Source of the DNA: Phenylobacterium sp.
GTDB lineage: Bacteria > Pseudomonadota > Alphaproteobacteria > Caulobacterales > Caulobacteraceae
Assembly (NCBI RefSeq): GCF_035569475.1
Contig: NZ_DATMNA010000094.1
Location: 20,125 to 84,124 of the forward strand
Direction: 5' to 3'
Length of the DNA: 64,000 nt
Part shown: in pieces, positions 17,892 to 28,553 of the stretch
How the letters are laid out: each line of letters begins with the position of its first letter
Numbering within the stretch: the first letter of the stretch is position 1
Program-made: the position numbers and the translations under genes
Notes under the pieces: model-generated
The model's database searches: none
The model's input: the letters and a program-made list of their open reading frames with translations, nothing else
Told to the model about the DNA's origin: nothing

Positions 17892-18935
17892 TCACGAGGC
17901 CGGCCCCACGTCCAGGCTCTCACGTGAACGCCCCGGGTCAGGGGTGATCGAAAACCGGGCCCCGATCTGCTCGGCCAGCAGGCGGGCCAGCGGCTGCGCC
18001 GCCTCGGCGATGGCCGGAGCGCAGGCCGCGGTCAGTCGCCCGCCGGGCTGGGCGGCGGCCTCGGCCTGCAGGCGTCGGATCAGGCGCTGGGCCAGGGTGC
18101 GGTCGCTCGGGGCCCCGTCCTCGCGGCAAAGGCGCTCGGCGAGCGGCCGTATGCGGCGCGGCAGGGACAGTTCCATGGTCCCGAACCGGCCCACGGGTCC
18201 GATGGCGACGCCCGGATTGTCGGGCGCGAAGGCGGCGCGGGCGGCGGCCATCAGCGCGTTGCCGTCATGGCCGCGGCCCACCAGGTCGATGATCACGATT
18301 CCGCCCAGGCCCTTCAGCCGCAGCAGCCGCGCGGCCATGCCCAGCGCCGCCAGATTGGCCTGGCGGGTGACTCGCTTGGCGTCACCGCCCTTGCGGTCGG
18401 AAAGATCGACGTCGATCGCCGTGAGCGCCCGGGTCGGCTCGATGGCGATCAACCCGCCGCCCGGCAAGGAGTGGAGCGCCTCCAGCGCCTCGGCTTCGGC
18501 CTCGTCCGCCACCTGGCGCGCCGCCGAACCTTCCACGATGGATGCGCCGTGACTCAGCGCGTTCAGCTCGGCGGCCAGGTCGGGCGCCGCGGCCATCAGG
18601 CGCGGCGCGCCCTCGGCGGGCCCGACGGCGCGCGCGATCGCCAGCTTCCCGCGGCGGGGTTCGCTGCGGATTTCCACCTCGATCGCCTGGCCTCGGACCG
18701 GCCGCGCATCGGGCTTGAAGGGCAAGATCGCCTCGGCGCCCTGGCCAAGCTCCAGGAAGGCGGTGCCGAGGGCCGGCTCGACGGTCGCCACCCGGGCGAC
18801 GAGGCGCGCACCGATCAGCAGCCGCGATTCGTCGTCGTCGCGGCGGATCAGCAACCGCTCGGGCCGGCCGTCGAGGGTCACGACGCCTCGGGTCTCGCCG
18901 AGGCCGCGGTCCAGATAGGCGCGCCGCTCGCTCAT
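17892..18935 (-). CDS. Ribonuclease E/G family protein (short form)
   Basis: S1-like N-terminus, IEPTRALTAIDVD, LRLKGLGGIVIID motifs; follows maf. Confidence 0.85.
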   Translation of the reverse strand: MSERRAYLDRGLGETRGVVTLDGRPERLLIRRDDDESRLLIGARLVARVATVEPALGTAFLELGQGAEAILPFKPDARPVRGQAIEVEIRSEPRRGKLAIARAVGPAEGAPRLMAAAPDLAAELNALSHGASIVEGSAARQVADEAEAEALEALHSLPGGGLIAIEPTRALTAIDVDLSDRKGGDAKRVTRQANLAALGMAARLLRLKGLGGIVIIDLVGRGHDGNALMAAARAAFAPDNPGVAIGPVGRFGTMELSLPRRIRPLAERLCREDGAPSDRTLAQRLIRRLQAEAAAQPGGRLTAACAPAIAEAAQPLARLLAEQIGARFSITPDPGRSRESLDVGPAS

Positions 18936-19519
18936 GGCCGGCGGTATCCGAGGCCCGCCAGCAAGGCGGCGGCCTCATAGAGCGGCAGGCCGACGACGCT
19001 GGAGTAGGAGCCCGAAAGATCGGTCACGAAGGCTGCGGCCAGGCCCTGGATGGCATAGCCGCCAGCCTTGCCGATCCCCTCCCCGGCCGCCAGGTAGCGC
19101 TCGATCTCGGCGTCGGTCAGGCGCTTGAAGCGGACCCGCGTCTCCACCAGCCGCTGCGCCCGCCGCCCGTCGGGCGAGATCGCGCAGGCCCCGGTCAGCA
19201 CCCGGTGCGCGCGCCCGGACAGCAGCTTCAGACAAAGACGGACCTCCTCGACGTTCTCGGCCTTGGGCAGCACGCGGCGGCCAAGGGCCACCACCGTGTC
19301 GGCGGCCAGTATGTAGGCGTGGGCATGGCGCGCGGCGACGCCGGCGGCCTTTTCGCCCGCCAGGCGCTGGGCGAGCCGGCGCGGCGTTTCATCCTTCAGC
19401 GGCGTTTCGTCGACTTCGGCGGCCTCCACCGCATCGGGCGGCAGGCCGATCTGGCGCAGGAGGTCGAGCCGCCGGGGACTTGCGGAGGCCAGGACCAGGC
19501 GCGGCGGCGGTTGCGGCAC
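18932..19519 (-). CDS. maf: Maf nucleoside triphosphate pyrophosphatase
   Basis: LVLASASPRR, ADTVV, KAGGYAIQG, VVGLP motifs. Confidence 0.93.
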   Translation of the reverse strand: MPQPPPRLVLASASPRRLDLLRQIGLPPDAVEAAEVDETPLKDETPRRLAQRLAGEKAAGVAARHAHAYILAADTVVALGRRVLPKAENVEEVRLCLKLLSGRAHRVLTGACAISPDGRRAQRLVETRVRFKRLTDAEIERYLAAGEGIGKAGGYAIQGLAAAFVTDLSGSYSSVVGLPLYEAAALLAGLGYRRP

Positions 19520-19534
19520 TTCGGCCGGACGCGT

Positions 19535-19753
19535 CTAGCGGACGCGGAACGTGATGCGGCCCTTGGTGAGGTCATAGGGCGTCATCTCCACGAGCACCTT
19601 GTCGCCGGCCGACACCCGGATACGGTTCTTGCGCATCTTGCCGGCGGTGTGGGCGATGATCTCGTGGTCATTCTCAAGCTTCACGCGGAACGTCGCGTTG
19701 GGCAGGACTTCGCTGACCGTGCCCGGGAATTCCAGCAATTCTTCTTTCGCCAT
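19535..19753 (-). CDS. infA: Translation initiation factor IF-1
   Basis: [11 protein letters not shown]...[21 protein letters not shown]. Confidence 0.97.
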   Translation of the reverse strand: MAKEELLEFPGTVSEVLPNATFRVKLENDHEIIAHTAGKMRKNRIRVSAGDKVLVEMTPYDLTKGRITFRVR

Positions 19754-19828
19754 GCAGGCTCCAAATCGAGGATAAAACGACGGCCCGCGTCCTTAAGTCA
19801 GGTCGCGAGCCGCGGATAGAGCCTTGAA

Positions 19829-20353
19829 CTATAGCGCACCGTCTGGGGCGAGGTCGATGGGCGACGCGGCGAGGCCGCCGAAGCGCTCGGCGATCCGTCG
19901 CGCGAGCGCGTCGCGGACCTGCCGATAGGCCTCCAGCCGCGCTTCGCGCGAGCCCTCGGCCAGCGTCGGGTCGTGGGTCGGCCAATATTCGATGTCCGCC
20001 GCCCGGCTGCGGGCCAGCTCGACCGCCCGGTGATGGGCCTCGGGGGTCAGCGACACCACCAGGTCGAACGAGGAGTCCTCCAGGTCGCCGAAGGTCTTGG
20101 GCCGGTAGTGGGAGATGTCCCAGCCCAGTTCGGCCATCACCGCCTGGGCGAAGGGATCGACGCCCGCCTCAACGTCCTCGTCGCGCACGTCGTCGTGCAC
20201 CAGGGCGGGGAGCTTCAGGCCGCAACTGTCCACAAAGATCCGCTTGCCGACCAGGCGCTTCAGGAGCGCTTCGGCCATAGGGGAACGGACCTGGTTGAAG
20301 TTGCAGGCGAACAGCACCGCGCCAGGCGCGGGCGGCGGGGCGTCAGCCGGCAT
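19829..20353 (-). CDS. Low-molecular-weight phosphatase/ArsC family protein
   Basis: VLFACNFNQVRSPMAE P-loop. Confidence 0.88.
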   Translation of the reverse strand: MPADAPPPAPGAVLFACNFNQVRSPMAEALLKRLVGKRIFVDSCGLKLPALVHDDVRDEDVEAGVDPFAQAVMAELGWDISHYRPKTFGDLEDSSFDLVVSLTPEAHHRAVELARSRAADIEYWPTHDPTLAEGSREARLEAYRQVRDALARRIAERFGGLAASPIDLAPDGAL

Positions 20354-20359
20354 CTGACC

Positions 20360-20839
20360 CTAGCCCCGCCAATGCAGCGCGCAGATCAGGGTGAACAGCC
20401 GTCGCGCCGTGTCGAGGTCGGTGTCGACCTTGCCCGCCAGGCGGGTCTGCAATAGCTCCGAGGCCTCGTTGTGCAAACCGCGGCGGCCCATGTCCAAGGC
20501 CTCGATCTGGGCCGGCGTGGAGTTGCGGATCGCCTGGTAGTAGCTCTCGCAGATCAGGAAATAGTCCTTGATCAGACCGCGGAACGGCGACAGCGACAGG
20601 ATGTGCCGCTTCTCGTAGCTGGGCCCGCGGACGTCGAGAACGAGGCGGTTTTCCACCAGGCCCATCTTCAGGTCGTAGGGGCCGTACTCTGCGCCCTCCG
20701 GGTGGAAACTGTTCTCCTCGAGCAGGTCGAAGATGGCGATCTGGCGTTCCTGCTCCTGGTCGCGCGACACCGCCGCGAGCGACTCCTCGTCGAGCTCGAC
20801 GCTCTGCAGGCGGTGCATCTGGCGGTCGTCGTCGGCCAT
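20360..20839 (-). CDS. UPF0262 family protein
   Basis: [34 protein letters not shown]; conserved position after hisD. Confidence 0.88.
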   Translation of the reverse strand: MADDDRQMHRLQSVELDEESLAAVSRDQEQERQIAIFDLLEENSFHPEGAEYGPYDLKMGLVENRLVLDVRGPSYEKRHILSLSPFRGLIKDYFLICESYYQAIRNSTPAQIEALDMGRRGLHNEASELLQTRLAGKVDTDLDTARRLFTLICALHWRG

Positions 20840-20984
20840 GGGCGTCCCGGGGGCGTAGCCCACGCTTTATGGCATTCCGCCCCCTCACGTCATCCCGCAC
20901 CTGCGAACGGGCGCGCCGGCCATAAAGAAATACGCCCGGCGCGGGGGCGCCGGGCGTATCCGAGGGTCGAAATGGCGGGCAAGC

Positions 20985-22037
20985 CTAGGCGGCGGCGCGG
21001 GCCTCGCGGAAGGACACCAGCCGGCCGGCCGCCTCGTCCCAGAGCGCCAGGCGCGCGCAGCGGAAGCTTTCCCAGAAGCCCAGGCGGCTCATGGCGTTCA
21101 GCTCCGGATGGTCCTTCAGCACCTTCGGCAGGCGGTAGAACGGGATGCGGCTCGACAGGTGATGCACGTGGTGGATGCCGATATTGCCGGTCAGCCAGCG
21201 GAACGGTTGCGGCAGGTCGTAGTGCGAACTGCCGGCCAAGGCCGCCTCGTCGCGGTTCCACTGCCCCTCGCGCGCCCAGGCGGCGCCCTCGAACTGGTGC
21301 TGCACATAGAACAGCCAGACCCCGATGGTCGCCGCCAGCAGCATGGTGACCACGTTGACGATCAGGACGGGAGCCACGCCGAACAGCAAGGCTAGGCCGC
21401 CCAACCCCACCAGGGCCGCGACGCCGTTGCCCAGGACGCTGGCCCAGGGGCGCCAACCCTGGCGCATCATCCCGAGGGGCACCCGCTGGCTGATCATGAA
21501 CACATAGGCCGGACCCAGGCCGAACATCACCAGGGGATGGCGGTAGAGCCGGTAGCCGAACCGCCGCATCGGCGTGAGCGCGCGATACTCCTCCACCGTC
21601 AGGGTCTCGATCTCACCCAGGCCGCTTCGCCGATCCAGGTTGCCGGAGGTGGCGTGGTGCATGGCGTGGGTCTGGCGCCAGTAGTGATAGGGCGTGATGG
21701 TGAAGACGCCGGCGATGCGGCCCACCCACTCGTTCGCCTGGCGATTGCGGAAGAACGAGCCGTGGCCGCAGTCGTGCTGGATCATGAACAGCCGCACGAG
21801 GAAGAAGGAGGCGGGAATCGTGAGCAGCAGCGCCGCCCACCACCAGCCGCGCGCGTGCAGCGCCCAGGCGATGGTCCAGAGCGTCAGCAACGGGGCCACG
21901 GTGACGATCACTTCGAAGATGCTGCGGCTGGTCTTCGGGTCACGATAGGGCGCGAGGATCTTGGACCAGTCGCGCGCTGGTCGTGTCTCGGAAGCCATCG
22001 TCGGGCTCTCGCTGGGGTTGGGGGAAGACTCAGCCAT
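20985..22037 (-). CDS. Fatty acid desaturase
   Basis: His boxes HDCGH, HAMHH, HHVHH. Confidence 0.9.
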   Translation of the reverse strand: MAESSPNPSESPTMASETRPARDWSKILAPYRDPKTSRSIFEVIVTVAPLLTLWTIAWALHARGWWWAALLLTIPASFFLVRLFMIQHDCGHGSFFRNRQANEWVGRIAGVFTITPYHYWRQTHAMHHATSGNLDRRSGLGEIETLTVEEYRALTPMRRFGYRLYRHPLVMFGLGPAYVFMISQRVPLGMMRQGWRPWASVLGNGVAALVGLGGLALLFGVAPVLIVNVVTMLLAATIGVWLFYVQHQFEGAAWAREGQWNRDEAALAGSSHYDLPQPFRWLTGNIGIHHVHHLSSRIPFYRLPKVLKDHPELNAMSRLGFWESFRCARLALWDEAAGRLVSFREARAAA

Positions 22038-22072
22038 TGCCCCACAAACAAGGTTTGATTGGGGCCATTGGT

Positions 22073-23356
22073 TCAACCTTGCCCCATGCGAATCGCCGCG
22101 GAGCGGGCGTGGGCCGGCAGGCCCTCGGCCTCCGCCAGTGCGACCGTCGCCGGGGCGAGGCGCGCGAACGCGGCTTCGTCGCACTTCACGATCGAGGTCC
22201 GCTTGAGGAAGTCATAGAGCGACAGGCCCGAGGAAAACCGCGCGGCGCGACTCGTCGGCAGCACGTGATTGGAGCCTGCCACATAATCGCCGATGGCTTC
22301 AGGCGTGTGACGCCCAAGGAAGATCGCGCCGGCATGGCGCACCCGGTCCGCCAGGCGCTCGGGGTCCTCGACCGCGAACTCGGCATGCTCCGGGGCGATG
22401 CGGTCCACGAGCCCCGGCGCTTCGTCCAGCGGCGCGATCACCACCGCGCCGTGGTCGCGCCAGGAGGCCGCGGCGTCGTCGCCCGTCGTCAGCGCCTGCA
22501 ACTGCGCCTCGACCGCGGCTTCGACGCTTGCGGCGAACGCCTCGTCATCGGTGATCAGGATGGATTGCGCCGCGGGATCGTGCTCGGCCTGGGACAGGAG
22601 GTCGGCGGCAATCCACTCCGGCCGGTTGGCGCCGTCCGCCACCACGACGATCTCAGAGGGGCCCGCGAGGGCGTCGATGCCCACGGCGCCGTAGACTCGC
22701 CGTTTGGCCGCCGTCACGAAGGCGTTGCCGGGGCCGACGATCTTGTCCACCGGCCGGATCGGGCCCGCGCCATAGGCCAGCGCCGCCACGGCCTGGGCCC
22801 CGCCGACCCGCCAGATCTCGTGCACGCCGGCCGCCTTCGCCGCCGCCAGCACCGCGGGCTGCAGCCGCCCCGGCGGCGTCACCATCGCAATGCGCTCGAC
22901 GCCCGCAACGGCCGCCGGCACGGCGTTCATCAGCACTGTGGAGGGATAAGCGGCTCGGCCGCCGGGAACGTAGATGCCCACGGCCTCCAGGGCCGTCCAG
23001 CGCCAGCCGAGCTCGACGCCCGCCTCGTCGGTGAAGCGCAGATCGGCCGGCCGCTGGCGGGCGTGATAGCTGCGAATGCGGTCGGCGGCGAAGGCGATGG
23101 CGTCGCGCACGGCCTGCGGGCAGGCGGCCGCGCCGTCCTCGATCTCCGCCTCGCTGACCCGGATCGTCTGCTCGTCCAGCGCGACCCGATCGAAGTCCTG
23201 GGCGAACCGCAGCAGGGCGGAGAGGCCCTCCGAACGGACCGCGGCGATGACGTCGCGGACGACCGCGTCGACCTCCTCGGGGGTTTCGCGGCGTTCTTCG
23301 ATGAAGGCGGAAAAGGCCGTCTCGAAGTCGGGGTCGGAGAAGCGGAAGCGGCGCAT
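22073..23356 (-). CDS. hisD: Histidinol dehydrogenase
   Basis: YVPGG, DKIVGPGN, AGPSE, DLLSQAEHD, GDYVAGSNHVLPT. Confidence 0.96.
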   Translation of the reverse strand: MRRFRFSDPDFETAFSAFIEERRETPEEVDAVVRDVIAAVRSEGLSALLRFAQDFDRVALDEQTIRVSEAEIEDGAAACPQAVRDAIAFAADRIRSYHARQRPADLRFTDEAGVELGWRWTALEAVGIYVPGGRAAYPSTVLMNAVPAAVAGVERIAMVTPPGRLQPAVLAAAKAAGVHEIWRVGGAQAVAALAYGAGPIRPVDKIVGPGNAFVTAAKRRVYGAVGIDALAGPSEIVVVADGANRPEWIAADLLSQAEHDPAAQSILITDDEAFAASVEAAVEAQLQALTTGDDAAASWRDHGAVVIAPLDEAPGLVDRIAPEHAEFAVEDPERLADRVRHAGAIFLGRHTPEAIGDYVAGSNHVLPTSRAARFSSGLSLYDFLKRTSIVKCDEAAFARLAPATVALAEAEGLPAHARSAAIRMGQG

Positions 23357-23404
23357 GGCGCGGCTTCTTTAGCGGCGCGGACGGCCGAGCGCCATGCCGT
23401 GCGG

Positions 23405-23830
23405 CTAATCGCCGTGCGCCGGCGCCCTCGGCGTCGGCCAGGGCTGCGAGACATCGGCCAGAACGGCGTCGATGCATTCGACCTCGGCGCGCAGGTCGCC
23501 GCCGCCCGCACAGCTTATGGTCACCAGGCCCCCGGGCGCATCGCCGGCGTCGAAGGTCACCGCCAGCACCTCCAGCACCGCATCTCGGGCGCCGCGTCGG
23601 ATCTTCCGGGCCTGGACCTTCAGCACCCCGCCCAGCTGCAGCGCCGATCGCACCCGCACGCCGCCATCGGCTTCCCAGCAGTAGCGATTGAAAGCGACCG
23701 TCAGCAGCCGCGCCTTGGGCTCGTAGGAGATGTCGCCCACCTTGGCGACAGCGTCCTGCATGGCGGCGGAGATGATCGCCAGATCGTCGGCGTCCTGGGC
23801 CAGCAGGCGAAGCGGCGGGGTCTTGGCCAT
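23405..23830 (-). CDS. DUF2948 family protein
   Basis: LRLLAQDADDLAIISAAMQDA; typical position between murA and hisD. Confidence 0.85.
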   Translation of the reverse strand: MAKTPPLRLLAQDADDLAIISAAMQDAVAKVGDISYEPKARLLTVAFNRYCWEADGGVRVRSALQLGGVLKVQARKIRRGARDAVLEVLAVTFDAGDAPGGLVTISCAGGGDLRAEVECIDAVLADVSQPWPTPRAPAHGD

Positions 23831-23834
23831 GGGC

Positions 23835-25127
23835 TCAATCCTCGTCGCCTTCGCCATCGCCCTTGATGCGGCGGATCTGGGCCCCGCAGGCGCCGAGCTT
23901 CTCCTCCAGGCGCTCGAAGCCGCGGTCGAGGTGATAGACGCGGTTGACCATGGTTTCGCCGCGGGCCGCGAGGCCGGCGATGACCAGGCTGACCGACGCC
24001 CTCAGGTCGGTCGCCATCACCTGCGCGCCCTCCAGGGCCACGACGCCGCGTACGCGGGCCTCGCCGCCCTGCACCGAGATGTCGGCGCCAAGGCGCGCCA
24101 GTTCCGGCGCGTGCATGAAGCGGTTCTCGAAGATCGTCTCCTTGATGACGCTCTCGCCCTCGGCCAGCGTCATCAGGGCCATGAACTGCGCCTGCAGGTC
24201 GGTGGCGAATCCCGGATAGACGCCGGTCTCGACCTCGACGGCTTTCAGCAGAGCGCCGTTGCGCCGCACGGTCAGGCCGTCGTTATGCGCAATCACCTCG
24301 ACGCCAGCCTCGACCATCTTGTCGATCAGGGCCTGGATGAAGTCGCTGCGCGTGCGGGTCAGCCGCACCTCGCCGCCGGCCATGGCTGCGGCCACCGCAT
24401 AGGTTCCGGTCTCGATCCTGTCCGGCATCACCGCGTGGGTCGCGCCGTGCAGCCGGCCGACGCCCCGGATGCGGATCACCGAGGATCCGGCCCCGGACAC
24501 CTGCGCGCCCATGGCGTTCAGGCACTCGGCGAGGTCGATCATCTCCGGCTCGCAGGCCGCGTTGGTGATCACCGTCTCGCCATCGGCCAGCACCGCCGCC
24601 AGCATGGCGTGCTCCGTGGCGCCGACGGAGTTGAACGGGAAATCGATCTGAGCGCCTTTCAGGCCCCGCGGCGCCTGGGCATAGACGTAGCCCTCGTGCA
24701 GGTCGATCCGCGCCCCCAGCGCCTCCAGCGCCTTCAGGTGCAGGTCCACCGGACGCGCGCCGATGGTGCAGCCGCCCGGCAGCGAGACCTTCGCCTGTCC
24801 GGTGCGCGCCAGGAGCGGCCCCAGGACGTTGAAGGAGGCGCGCATCTGCCGCACCAGGTCATAGGGCGCGAACCCGCTGGTGATCTCCGGCGTCCGCAGC
24901 AGCGTCTCGGGCCCGTCCTCCCCCTCGGCCTCCACCACTTCGGTTCCCAGCCGCTGCAGCAGCTTGCCGAGGAAGCGCGTGTCGGCCAGGCGCGGCATAT
25001 TGGTCAGCCGCAGGGTGTCTTCGGTCAAAAGGCTCGCCGCCATCAGCTTGATGGCCGAGTTCTTGGCGCCGCTGATCGGGATTTCGCCCTGCAGCCGCGC
25101 GCCGCCGGTGATGGCGATGCGGTCCAA
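23835..25127 (-). CDS. murA: UDP-N-acetylglucosamine 1-carboxyvinyltransferase
   Basis: [23 protein letters not shown] motifs; TTG start. Confidence 0.96.
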   Translation of the reverse strand: MDRIAITGGARLQGEIPISGAKNSAIKLMAASLLTEDTLRLTNMPRLADTRFLGKLLQRLGTEVVEAEGEDGPETLLRTPEITSGFAPYDLVRQMRASFNVLGPLLARTGQAKVSLPGGCTIGARPVDLHLKALEALGARIDLHEGYVYAQAPRGLKGAQIDFPFNSVGATEHAMLAAVLADGETVITNAACEPEMIDLAECLNAMGAQVSGAGSSVIRIRGVGRLHGATHAVMPDRIETGTYAVAAAMAGGEVRLTRTRSDFIQALIDKMVEAGVEVIAHNDGLTVRRNGALLKAVEVETGVYPGFATDLQAQFMALMTLAEGESVIKETIFENRFMHAPELARLGADISVQGGEARVRGVVALEGAQVMATDLRASVSLVIAGLAARGETMVNRVYHLDRGFERLEEKLGACGAQIRRIKGDGEGDED

Positions 25128-25223
25128 TCCCAATCCTTCGAGGCGGCCGCGCTTTTTCGGGGAGTCGTGATGGCGGCGCGAAGCCGATATCTAACGTGCG
25201 CCAGGGCGCCGCGCAAAGGCCGC

Positions 25224-25376
25224 TCAGCCCTCCTCCCCGCTTTTCGGCCTTTCGGGCTCCGGAACCTTCGCCCCGCCGCCGGCCTTGCGTCGCCGCAAGT
25301 TGGCGCGCAGCGCCTGTGCGAGCTTGGCCTCCCGCTCGGAAGGCGGCCGTTTCGGAGGCTGGTCAGCGGGCGGCAT
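25224..25376 (-). CDS. Small basic protein upstream of murA
   Basis: REAKLAQALRANLRRRK motif, 50 aa. Confidence 0.6.
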   Translation of the reverse strand: MPPADQPPKRPPSEREAKLAQALRANLRRRKAGGGAKVPEPERPKSGEEG

Positions 25377-25478
25377 GCGCAAGGGGTGCGGCGCTCGGTC
25401 CTGCCCGTCAAGGCGCCCGTACGCGGATTGGGGCTTCACGCGGCCCCCCACGTTGGCTATAGCCGCGCCTCGCCATTC

Positions 25479-25553
<75 letters not shown>

Positions 25554-25560
25554 CTCTAAA

Positions 25561-25591
25561 AAAGACCCGCAGCGCGAGCTGCGGGTCTTTT
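25561..25591 (+). terminator. Intrinsic terminator after tRNA-Thr
   Basis: AAAGACCCGCAGC-GCGA-GCTGCGGGTCTTTT. Confidence 0.85.
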
Positions 25592-25637
25592 CCATTCTAG
25601 TCTTCGCCCGAAATTACACCCGGGGTAAAAGGTAAGA

Positions 25638-26192
25638 ATGGAGACGAATCTCACCGCGTTCGCCGGCCCCAGGATCGTTGCGCGCGGCGACCTTCACGCC
25701 GTGGTTCGCGCGGCGCATGCCTGCGCCGACCAACCGATCCTGGTCTTCGACGACGCCACCGGGCGACCCGTGGAGCTTGATCTTCGCGGCACGGTGACTG
25801 AGGCCATCGCTAGGCTGGCGCCTCCGCCCCTGGCGCCGAAGGCCGCGCGCGGCCGCCCAAAGCTCGGCGTCATCGCCCGCGAGGTCACGCTCCTGCCCCG
25901 TCATTGGGAATGGCTCGCCAACCAACCGGGCGGCGCGTCCGCGGCCCTGCGCCGCCTCGTCGACCAGGCGCGGCGGGATATGGGCGACGCTGACGCCATC
26001 CGTCGGGCGCAGGCGGCGACCTATCGGGTGATGACCACGCTCGCCGGCGACCTACCCGGCTATGAAGAGGCCGCGCGGGCCCTGTTCGCCGGCGACCAAG
26101 CCCGTTTCGCCGCGTTGACCGCCCCGTGGCCTGCCGACATCGGCGACTACGTTCGGAGCCTCAACGCGAAGCCGAGCTCCCCTTCGCCGTAA
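25638..26192 (+). CDS. DUF2239 family protein
   Basis: RGRPKLGVIAREVTLLPRHWEWL...PGGASAALRRLV. Confidence 0.88.
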   Translation: METNLTAFAGPRIVARGDLHAVVRAAHACADQPILVFDDATGRPVELDLRGTVTEAIARLAPPPLAPKAARGRPKLGVIAREVTLLPRHWEWLANQPGGASAALRRLVDQARRDMGDADAIRRAQAATYRVMTTLAGDLPGYEEAARALFAGDQARFAALTAPWPADIGDYVRSLNAKPSSPSP

Positions 26193-26463
26193 TCTGATCT
26201 TCCAGGGCGTGCTCGGCGGCGTGGGTCTGGACGGCGAGCGCCCGGGCCGCGTCGCAGGCGACCAGTTGGGCGCCACGCGTCGCATAGCCGATCTCAAGGT
26301 CCGCCTGGGTCGGCGCCTGGGGCAGCAGATAGAGGCTGCAACTCCGGCTGGCCTCAGGGGGCATGTCCACTCGCGGGGCAATCGCCGAGATCGGGGTCCG
26401 TGAGGCACAGTTGCAGGTCAGCATCGCGCAGGCGAGCAGCGCGGGAAGGGTCGAGCGGCGCAT
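26161..26463 (-). CDS. Putative o-spanin (Rz1-like lipoprotein)
   Basis: Lipoprotein-like signal with Cys, Pro-rich; overlaps the 3' end of the upstream gene in another frame. Confidence 0.65.
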   Translation of the reverse strand: MRRSTLPALLACAMLTCNCASRTPISAIAPRVDMPPEASRSCSLYLLPQAPTQADLEIGYATRGAQLVACDAARALAVQTHAAEHALEDQITAKGSSASR

Positions 26464-26731
26464 TGGCGTCCTCCGATTTCAGAGCCTTGGGCGTGAGCTG
26501 GGCGACCACCGCGCTGGCCGCGTCGCGCTGTCGAACCACCACCTCGACGCGTTGGGCGCTTGCCTGCGCGCCCCGGACCTCAAGGCCGGCGACCGCGGCC
26601 TTGGCGAGCGCCGCTTCGGCCTTCGGCTTCTCGCGGACCGCGTCGTCGTGGCGGCCTTTCCAATAAAGTCCGGCGGCGGCGGCCAGCACTGCGCCCACCG
26701 CGGCGAGGATCAGGATCAGGCGCGCGCTCAT
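26354..26731 (-). CDS. Putative i-spanin (Rz-like)
   Basis: N-terminal TM, helical periplasmic domain, C-terminal Cys pair; ATGA-coupled to the endolysin. Confidence 0.7.
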   Translation of the reverse strand: MSARLILILAAVGAVLAAAAGLYWKGRHDDAVREKPKAEAALAKAAVAGLEVRGAQASAQRVEVVVRQRDAASAVVAQLTPKALKSEDANAPLDPSRAARLRDADLQLCLTDPDLGDCPASGHAP

Positions 26732-27159
26732 TGCGCCAGCCCCAGCCCATAGCCGCCGCCGGCGCGCCGGGTCAGCACCTGGCGGCGCAGACGTGGATCG
26801 AAGCTGATGTGGCACCACGTGCCTTCTTCGATCAGTTGGTCGAAGGCGATGGCGGCCTTCTCCAGGGCCGCACAAACCGCCCGAGGCTCACCAAATCCGT
26901 AGCAATTGAAGTCCACCGCATGGCCGGACAGGTGCGCCGAGGTGGCCGCTCCGCCCACGGCCCGATTCAACGCCGGGCAGCGATAGCCGCTGGAGACGCT
27001 GATCACCCGGTCGCCCAGGATCCGGCGCACCGCCTCCATCTGGGCCGCGGTGTTGCGCAGCGTCGCCACCACCTCCGGCGGCGGCGTGTTGTCGAACTCC
27101 CGATGCTGGGTGCACGAAAGCTCTTCCAGCGCGAAGTGCGCCGTAAGCGGGGTGGTCAT
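26728..27159 (-). CDS. Endolysin, peptidase M15A family
   Basis: SSGYRCPALNRAVGG..TSAH...AVD, FDQLIEE..WCHIS. Confidence 0.88.
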   Translation of the reverse strand: MTTPLTAHFALEELSCTQHREFDNTPPPEVVATLRNTAAQMEAVRRILGDRVISVSSGYRCPALNRAVGGAATSAHLSGHAVDFNCYGFGEPRAVCAALEKAAIAFDQLIEEGTWCHISFDPRLRRQVLTRRAGGGYGLGLAQ

Positions 27160-27189
27160 GGCCTTGATCCTGTTGTGGGGAAGTGACGC

Positions 27190-27429
27190 CTACGGCGCGG
27201 TGCTGCGCGCGGCGTGGGCCAGCTTCGCCCAGTCGGTGACCGTCGCGCCGGCCAGATAGAGCGTGGCCGTGACCACATTGGCCCCGATCAGCGCCAGGCC
27301 GATCCATTTCAGCGCCTCGGCGTTGTTCAGCCGCCAGATGATCGCGCCCAGGCCGGCGCAATTCATCACCGTCACGGCATAGGTGTAGATCCGCCGCCAG
27401 AGCCAGCGGACCTCAATGGGCGGCGACAT
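27190..27429 (-). CDS. Putative holin
   Basis: 79 aa, two TM segments, directly upstream of the endolysin. Confidence 0.65.
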   Translation of the reverse strand: MSPPIEVRWLWRRIYTYAVTVMNCAGLGAIIWRLNNAEALKWIGLALIGANVVTATLYLAGATVTDWAKLAHAARSTAP

Positions 27430-27724
27430 CGGCGACCTCCTGGAGGGCGGCGGGACGGGCGGCTTCTAGGTGCGTCAGGCGCGCCTGGCTTCCCGCCCAG
27501 ACCTGGGCCATCGCCCAGGCCAGCAGCGTGACGGCGATCACCCAGAAGCGATTCTTCAGGCCCTCGACGGCGCGAAGGGTGTTGGCGGCGGCGTGCTTGA
27601 TCTCACCGAGGCGTTCTTCGCATCGCGCTTCGTGGTCGGTGAGACGCTGCTCGACGGAAGCAAGGCGCTCAGAGCCAACTTGATCCAGCCTAGCCATCTC
27701 AACCGCCGTAGCTTGCGCTGGCAT
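27413..27724 (-). CDS. Phage membrane protein (coiled coil + TM)
   Basis: HEARCEER motif then TM; in lysis cassette. Confidence 0.55.
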   Translation of the reverse strand: MPAQATAVEMARLDQVGSERLASVEQRLTDHEARCEERLGEIKHAAANTLRAVEGLKNRFWVIAVTLLAWAMAQVWAGSQARLTHLEAARPAALQEVADVAAH

Positions 27725-28553
27725 TGACGTTCGTCGATTGCCCCTTGCTCTGGGTGTTCGACGTTGCGTCCGTCGTCTGACCCGTGAAAAGGTTGATCGG
27801 CAGCCCGTTGAGCATCGCCACGAGCTGGGCGGTGTTCGTCACCGGCGCCTGATCCTGTTGCTGGGAGATGTTGCGCAGGTCGTCGCCGGCGGCCGTCTGG
27901 CTCGCGATATCCGCCCGCTGGTTCGCGCCGTATTGGCCCGCGATGTTGGCGATCTGCCCCGCCGCGGCCAGCCTCTGGGCCTGCTGCTGCTGTTGTAGCT
28001 GGGCCTGCGACGTCGCCGCGCCCAGCGCCTGCGAATAGCCTTGCGAATAGAGGTTGCCGATCGACGTGGCGCGCGCCCGCGCCAGCTCGCCCTCGGTGGC
28101 CGATTGCGCGAGCGCCGCGCCTGAGCCGCCGAAGGCGCCGGAGCCCGCCAGATTGAGCGCCTGCTGCGCCCGCACCTTGGCGTCGTTGGCGTCGAGATCC
28201 GCCGAGGTCGCGTTCACCACCTGCTTCACATAGGGGTTCATGAACTGGCCGATGTCGGATGAGATGCTGGGGGTGTCGGCCTGGGCGACGCCCGTGGTCA
28301 CATTGGTGGCCGCGTCATAGTCCCAGGGCGTGCCGGAGAGGCCGGCGGCGCCGGCGCCCGCCTGCTGCTGCAGCGCGTTGGCCGGCGCGACATAGCTTTG
28401 CGGATTGGCTCCCACCAGCCCGCCCACCTGTCCCGCGACGCCCTGGGTGAGGTTGGACGCCCAGTCCGGGACGTTGGGTGTGGTCGTCGAGTTGGTCGCG
28501 GTGTTGGAACTGCTGCTTGTGTTGGTCTTCGAACCGCCGATCTTCAAACTCAT
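27699..28553 (-). CDS. Putative internal virion/DNA ejection protein
   Basis: GGSK-Ser/Thr-rich N-terminus, P.W, QFMNPY, GAFGGS; Ala/Gly/Gln-rich; follows tail genes. Confidence 0.65.
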   Translation of the reverse strand: MSLKIGGSKTNTSSSSNTATNSTTTPNVPDWASNLTQGVAGQVGGLVGANPQSYVAPANALQQQAGAGAAGLSGTPWDYDAATNVTTGVAQADTPSISSDIGQFMNPYVKQVVNATSADLDANDAKVRAQQALNLAGSGAFGGSGAALAQSATEGELARARATSIGNLYSQGYSQALGAATSQAQLQQQQQAQRLAAAGQIANIAGQYGANQRADIASQTAAGDDLRNISQQQDQAPVTNTAQLVAMLNGLPINLFTGQTTDATSNTQSKGQSTNVNASASYGG